A DNA stretch of 64,000 nt from Fervidicoccaceae archaeon (GTDB taxonomy: Archaea; Thermoproteota; Thermoprotei_A; Sulfolobales; Fervidicoccaceae). Below the pieces are notes generated by a model, which did not search any database, was not told where the DNA came from, and worked only from the letters and a program-made list of their open reading frames with translations. Location: positions 1-64,000 of the forward strand of contig JAVYOA010000002.1 of assembly GCA_038734945.1 (NCBI GenBank). Reading direction: 5' to 3'. The position numbers and the translations under genes are program-made. Below, one piece after another: positions 59,484 through 64,000 of this stretch; within the stretch, counting starts at the first letter, position 1; every line of letters starts with the position of its first letter.

Positions 59484-59831
59484 CTATTGCCTATACATTG
59501 TTGCAAATATCTGCTTGTCTTCGCATGAGATCCCCAGAACTACTTTCAAGCTCTTTTCCGGAATTTCCAATTCCTTCGAGAATCCCATGATGCCATCGTC
59601 CAGAACCCATCCAATTTTGCCGAGCTCATGAATAACAGCTCTGTCTGAAGTGTTGCATTTCTCGGATACCGTTTTCAGCTCTCTCTCTAAAAAAGGATTC
59701 TGCTTGCTGATCAGCTCTGCAGCTGCATTTGCTTCTTTTTCTGTGACTGGATGAACGATCACAACTTCTACATTCATCTTCAATATGGTAGCGTTGAATC
59801 TTTTTATAAAGAATCTGCTCATATTCTCCAT
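59484..59831 (-). CDS. hypothetical protein
   Basis: Tightly packed within the pilus operon. Confidence 0.6.
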   Translation of the reverse strand: MENMSRFFIKRFNATILKMNVEVVIVHPVTEKEANAAAELISKQNPFLERELKTVSEKCNTSDRAVIHELGKIGWVLDDGIMGFSKELEIPEKSLKVVLGISCEDKQIFATMYRQ

Positions 59832-59841
59832 ATATTTCTCC

Positions 59842-60438
59842 CTACAGATAATAATAGGCAAAGGCCCAGTATTTATTTTCTATTTGTATAAGGAAAACCA
59901 ACACTTCCTGATATTGACTGCTTGGTGAAACATTTATGAGTGTGAAGGGAGCTGATTGAAAGTCTATTTTGAAGAGCCCAATATTGCTGTTTCCCAGCCA
60001 CAGATCCAGAGAATAGTAAGAGGAATCAGATGAGTATATTGGCTGAATCATTATGCTTGAGCTTGGAACTCTGACAAGTGGAGGGAGAACCCACTGAGCG
60101 CTATCGCTTATGTTTATGTAGGGATTTCCTAGATAAGGTATTCTTATTGTATCCTGAGTGCTGTAGAGAAATGAGCTTCCTTTTACCCCCAAGATCAGCG
60201 CGTAAATTGTGGAATTGGATTTGTATGTTACTTGGTAGATGAAATATTCCTGAGAGGGGTCAGCAGAAATTTTCAACAAGTTAAGCTGAGTGGAGCTCTC
60301 GGATATCATGCTCTGGATCTGCTGCTGGTTCCTCAAATTAGATGTCGAGGACTGTGCATATATCCAAAGGGCAGCACTCATTCCGAGAACTGCTGCCACA
60401 AGAATTATTGTAGATATGAGCTCGCTAGATCCCCTCAT
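59842..60438 (-). CDS. minor type IV pilin-like protein
   Basis: Class III signal MRG/SSELISTIILVAAVLG. Confidence 0.75.
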   Translation of the reverse strand: MRGSSELISTIILVAAVLGMSAALWIYAQSSTSNLRNQQQIQSMISESSTQLNLLKISADPSQEYFIYQVTYKSNSTIYALILGVKGSSFLYSTQDTIRIPYLGNPYINISDSAQWVLPPLVRVPSSSIMIQPIYSSDSSYYSLDLWLGNSNIGLFKIDFQSAPFTLINVSPSSQYQEVLVFLIQIENKYWAFAYYYL

Positions 60439-60444
60439 TCGTTC

Positions 60445-62322
60445 TTATCCCCTCGCATATAGCTGAAAGCCTATGAACTCCAGACCAAGTGTAACTTCAT
60501 CGTTGTTCTTACCAGAACTACTATCGAATGTATATGGATCCCAAAAAGCCACTGCAACCATGTAGAGGTGAGGGATGTTGGGGACTCCAAGAGCCACGTT
60601 TATGGAAAATGAGGAAGTGCTCGGGGGCCATGTAGATTTCAGAGATGCTAGGTCCTGATATGTGAAGTTCTTCGAACTAACCACAGAATAGCTATTGTTC
60701 GCATCGAGAACCATGATTGAAAGCAGGGATCTATCAACAGCAGTTATTGTTTCGAGCTCATTGGCATCATAGACGCTATCGTGGAAGTATAGCGAAGCAA
60801 CAACATTCACTCCAAGGTACTGAGTACCATTTATGGCAACTTGTGAGAGAATGATAACGAATGGAGTTGTTGTGTAGTCAACTGCTACGTAGGTTGGATT
60901 TTGGTTTACAGTAGTTGTGTCTCCATTTAAGTATGTGTCTGCTATTGTATATCCAATTTTTTGATTTCCTCCACCAGTACTTTTGTATGAAAAAGAAAGA
61001 TCTTCAGTAGTGAAAATTAGCTCCGGATAACCATTTCCATCTGTGTCTGCTATTAAGAGGTATGGATCATATGTGCTTGGCTTTCCGGCAAGGGAGGTAT
61101 CTATTCCGTAAAACTTCACGCTGTTCGCTGTGCCCTCAAGAATAATGGTTGTTGCTGGAGTTATGGCATAAAGACCTATATTGCTATCTACTTCATCAAT
61201 GTTCCCGTAGTAGTATTTTCCTATTGCTTGAGTTCCATTTCTCCATGAATATGAAAAAGTTCCGCTGTACTGATTGTATGTGTAGTATTTAACTGAAATT
61301 TTTGTTGCATTGAGCCCATCTATCTTCACCCTCCACGCTGAATTATTAGCATTCCCATTGAGCCAGCTCGCCAGAAAATTATTGCTTCCAGAAGAGAGGA
61401 CCCACGAACTTGTGTAAGTTATGTTGAAATTGCATCCAGTAGAGCTTATATTGAAGTATCCCCTCCCGTCATCAAGCTTGTCGGCCTTGGCTGCTGCAAG
61501 AAGAATATTAAATACTGGATACTGCTGATTTCTGTTAGGGTCATTTTCCCATTCCGGCTGATACCCTATGTAAGCATTTCCAGTTAAGTTCAATCTTATT
61601 GAAATTGTCACATTATCGCATTGAGCGTAAAGCACCATAGGATAAGCTGTATTGGAGCTCAAAGAGTTAAGCCTGAATACACCTCCTGAGAGAGCTCCAC
61701 TTGAAATGAATGATCTTGTGGGAGTATTGATAAGGTTCAAGTCTATTTTTATTTTTCCACTGTTTATCTCGTCCTGCAAATTAGAGGTGAAAAATGTTAC
61801 TGGGTTCAAAAGATAGCTCGTTCCATACTGATAATTGTTGGTGAAAGAGGAAACGATGCTCTGGGTTTCCTGCACGTATGCTATGGCTCCATCAACAGTG
61901 ACCAAAGCTACTGGATAGTAGAGATACAGGGGAAATTTTAGCGTTATAGAGGAACCAGGGGAAATTGTTGTGTAAAGATCTCCTGTTAGGACACTCCCAG
62001 TGTATGAGGGAGAGAATTGAGAGAGAAAAGAAATTCCTGAGGAATTCATTGGAACCAAAATGAGATTGCCAGAGGAATTGAGAATCAAGTAAGATAATCT
62101 CTCAGCTGATGTGCCACCATTGTTTATTATAAGCGTTCCATCGGAGTAAAGGGTAAGCACCAGTGCCTTATTTATCCTGGTCATAGCGCTTCCAAGCATC
62201 TGATTTATGTTGGAAGCAAGACGCGTGGATGAAGTTATATAACTTTCCATGAGGGGGAATATAAGTGTTATGAGGATCACAACGAAAATTATTCCAGCTA
62301 TTATATTGGCACTTGATTTCAA
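60445..62322 (-). CDS. large pilin-like/adhesin protein
   Basis: MKS/SANIIAGIIFVVIL signal; S/T/N/Y-rich beta body. Confidence 0.65.
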   Translation of the reverse strand: MKSSANIIAGIIFVVILITLIFPLMESYITSSTRLASNINQMLGSAMTRINKALVLTLYSDGTLIINNGGTSAERLSYLILNSSGNLILVPMNSSGISFLSQFSPSYTGSVLTGDLYTTISPGSSITLKFPLYLYYPVALVTVDGAIAYVQETQSIVSSFTNNYQYGTSYLLNPVTFFTSNLQDEINSGKIKIDLNLINTPTRSFISSGALSGGVFRLNSLSSNTAYPMVLYAQCDNVTISIRLNLTGNAYIGYQPEWENDPNRNQQYPVFNILLAAAKADKLDDGRGYFNISSTGCNFNITYTSSWVLSSGSNNFLASWLNGNANNSAWRVKIDGLNATKISVKYYTYNQYSGTFSYSWRNGTQAIGKYYYGNIDEVDSNIGLYAITPATTIILEGTANSVKFYGIDTSLAGKPSTYDPYLLIADTDGNGYPELIFTTEDLSFSYKSTGGGNQKIGYTIADTYLNGDTTTVNQNPTYVAVDYTTTPFVIILSQVAINGTQYLGVNVVASLYFHDSVYDANELETITAVDRSLLSIMVLDANNSYSVVSSKNFTYQDLASLKSTWPPSTSSFSINVALGVPNIPHLYMVAVAFWDPYTFDSSSGKNNDEVTLGLEFIGFQLYARG

Positions 62323-62377
62323 GGCTTCTTCCTCTAGTTATATATTTAAAAAAATATAAATTAAATTTAGCGCTGTT

Positions 62378-62821
62378 TCAGGAAACGACTGTGGGAGTTA
62401 ATTCAATGAAATAGCTTCCCCCAGCATCAGTATATACAGTTATCTTGTACGACTTTCCTGGAGGGAAGTTTCCTGAGGGGGTTATCGTCAAATAGATGTC
62501 ACTGCCAGCTTTCACTGTAATTGGAAGGCTTGTTGTAGTAGTTCCCAGAGCATATGTTCCGGCAATGTTTGTTGTATCTACTCTTACTGATATTATCTTA
62601 GAGTCAATGCTTCCCGCATTCTTTATATGTAAGTATATAACAGCATTACTTCCTGTTGAACTTACATTCATGTAGCTATCCGGCATTATCTGCAACTGCT
62701 CTCTTGAACCTGCTCCCCCTATCAGGCCTGACATCCACAGCGCCACTCCAACTGCTAGTGCTATAGTTACAGCCACTAGTATTACCGTTGCTATTATTGG
62801 TGAAATTGCCCTTTCCTTCAA
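62378..62821 (-). CDS. archaeal type IV pilin
   Basis: MKERA/ISPIIATVILVAVTIALA. Confidence 0.9.
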   Translation of the reverse strand: MKERAISPIIATVILVAVTIALAVGVALWMSGLIGGAGSREQLQIMPDSYMNVSSTGSNAVIYLHIKNAGSIDSKIISVRVDTTNIAGTYALGTTTTSLPITVKAGSDIYLTITPSGNFPPGKSYKITVYTDAGGSYFIELTPTVVS

Positions 62822-62981
62822 GTTCTCACCTTTCTAAACTTATTCTAATTTAAATGGTAGGTTTAAAAAATGCCATGCGTATCATATTCTTTTTATATTT
62901 TTTGTCAATTTAATCATAATAAATTTATTTCTTTTCTTTCTTATCTAATCTTGTTTCTGATTGTAATATCTAATGTAACAT

Positions 62982-64000
62982 TCATCTTGGAATTGAAAAT
63001 AGAGGAATTAGCAAAATATTTATTGTTATGAGTGCTACTGCAACACTCGCAGCCGCCAAGATAGCAGAGTGCTTGAACCCGCCAGCCACTGATGTAGTTA
63101 CAGACTTTCCAACCAGCAGACCTGCTAACCAAGAATTCAGAATAAGGCTCAAGAGCAGCTGAAAGGTTAATGTAGAAAGGTATATTGGATTTATTGCCAT
63201 GGAAGATCCCACAGCACCTCCTGGACCCATAGGCTGCATTATGCTGATGGAGCTAACCATTAGATATATTATCATTACTGTTGACACTATGTTCAAAATC
63301 GATCCCAAGTATGGAAGAAAGGTATCGGTCCTCAGAGCTGATTTAAGCTGTGTCTCGAAGTCAGAGAGCCTTCTGCCATAAGAAGCTATTGTATCAAGAA
63401 GCTGCGGGGTTCCACCTCCATATTCTATAATATCAACTAGCATTCTCATTATTGTTCTCATGAACCAGTTCTTATATCCGAGAATTGCAAGCCTTACCGA
63501 TCTCTTTATGTTTAATCCTATTTGAAGAGATGCGGAGAGCTTTTTCAGCACTGGGTTAAAGCTACCATAGTCCCTTGAGCTAAGATAGATTATGCTCTTT
63601 TCTGGATTGAGTCCTGCTTTTCTTATCTCTGATAAATCTGTAAGGAAGGAGCCAAGGTATCTCACTACCCCTCTTTCCCTTGTATCTATCCTTTTCCATT
63701 CAAGCATTGGGGGTATTGATGCTGCAATGAAGAAAAAGCCAATAGCGGAAATTGCTATCGTCATGTTTGTTCTATCTGGAGTAATGAAGGCTTTGTAGCC
63801 TCCCATAGCCATCAATATGGAGAAAATGAGTGCTCCTGAGGGAACAGATATAAAAAGCGAAAGATACGGCTCCAGGTAGGATACGTGATATTTCGGTAAC
63901 GTTCCTCCAACAATCGCTATCATGAATATTGTCAACATGGGCATGAGTATAAAGTTGAACATTATTATCATTAGAGTGACATTTGTTGAAGTTCCAATGA
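62982..64000 (-). CDS. TadC/T2SS-F membrane platform protein (5' end beyond window)
   Basis: FLTDLSEIRKAGLNPE, GGG, GLLVGK..GFKH. Confidence 0.85.
   Translation of the reverse strand, partial: IGTSTNVTLMIIMFNFILMPMLTIFMIAIVGGTLPKYHVSYLEPYLSLFISVPSGALIFSILMAMGGYKAFITPDRTNMTIAISAIGFFFIAASIPPMLEWKRIDTRERGVVRYLGSFLTDLSEIRKAGLNPEKSIIYLSSRDYGSFNPVLKKLSASLQIGLNIKRSVRLAILGYKNWFMRTIMRMLVDIIEYGGGTPQLLDTIASYGRRLSDFETQLKSALRTDTFLPYLGSILNIVSTVMIIYLMVSSISIMQPMGPGGAVGSSMAINPIYLSTLTFQLLLSLILNSWLAGLLVGKSVTTSVAGGFKHSAILAAASVAVALITINILLIPLFSIPR

Overview
Gene-dense archaeal chromosome segment. A crenarchaeal (Thermoprotei; Desulfurococcales/Fervidicoccales-like) source is inferred from the single-OB SSB with an RG-rich tail, RpoP, archaeal type II GAPDH, CTP-dependent RibK, CydAA' and BHB-intron tRNAs. 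It holds about 65 CDSs: amino-acid catabolism (ArcE-like, ornithine-type aminotransferase, agmatinase), class II HMG-CoA reductase, purine/MTA salvage, DNA repair, cytochrome bd-type CydAA', split MetE plus a MetF-like gene, hypCDEF, a QueT ECF module, tatAC, an aconitase-IDH-PrpB-like operon and a type IV pilus locus. It also has three intact tRNAs (Leu-GAG, Pro-GGG with intron, Arg-TCG), a box C/D guide sRNA, a TnpB remnant and a truncated TauE gene. The stand-out signal is a split initiator tRNA-Met(CAT). The 5' half (38731-38761, +) and 3' half (36269-36333, -) lie about 2.4 kb apart on opposite strands and carry complementary trailer/leader sequences that form a relaxed BHB junction at position 30/31, implying trans-splicing. 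The 3' half also carries its own 22-nt intron at 37/38. All product calls come from motif recognition by eye; no searches were run.
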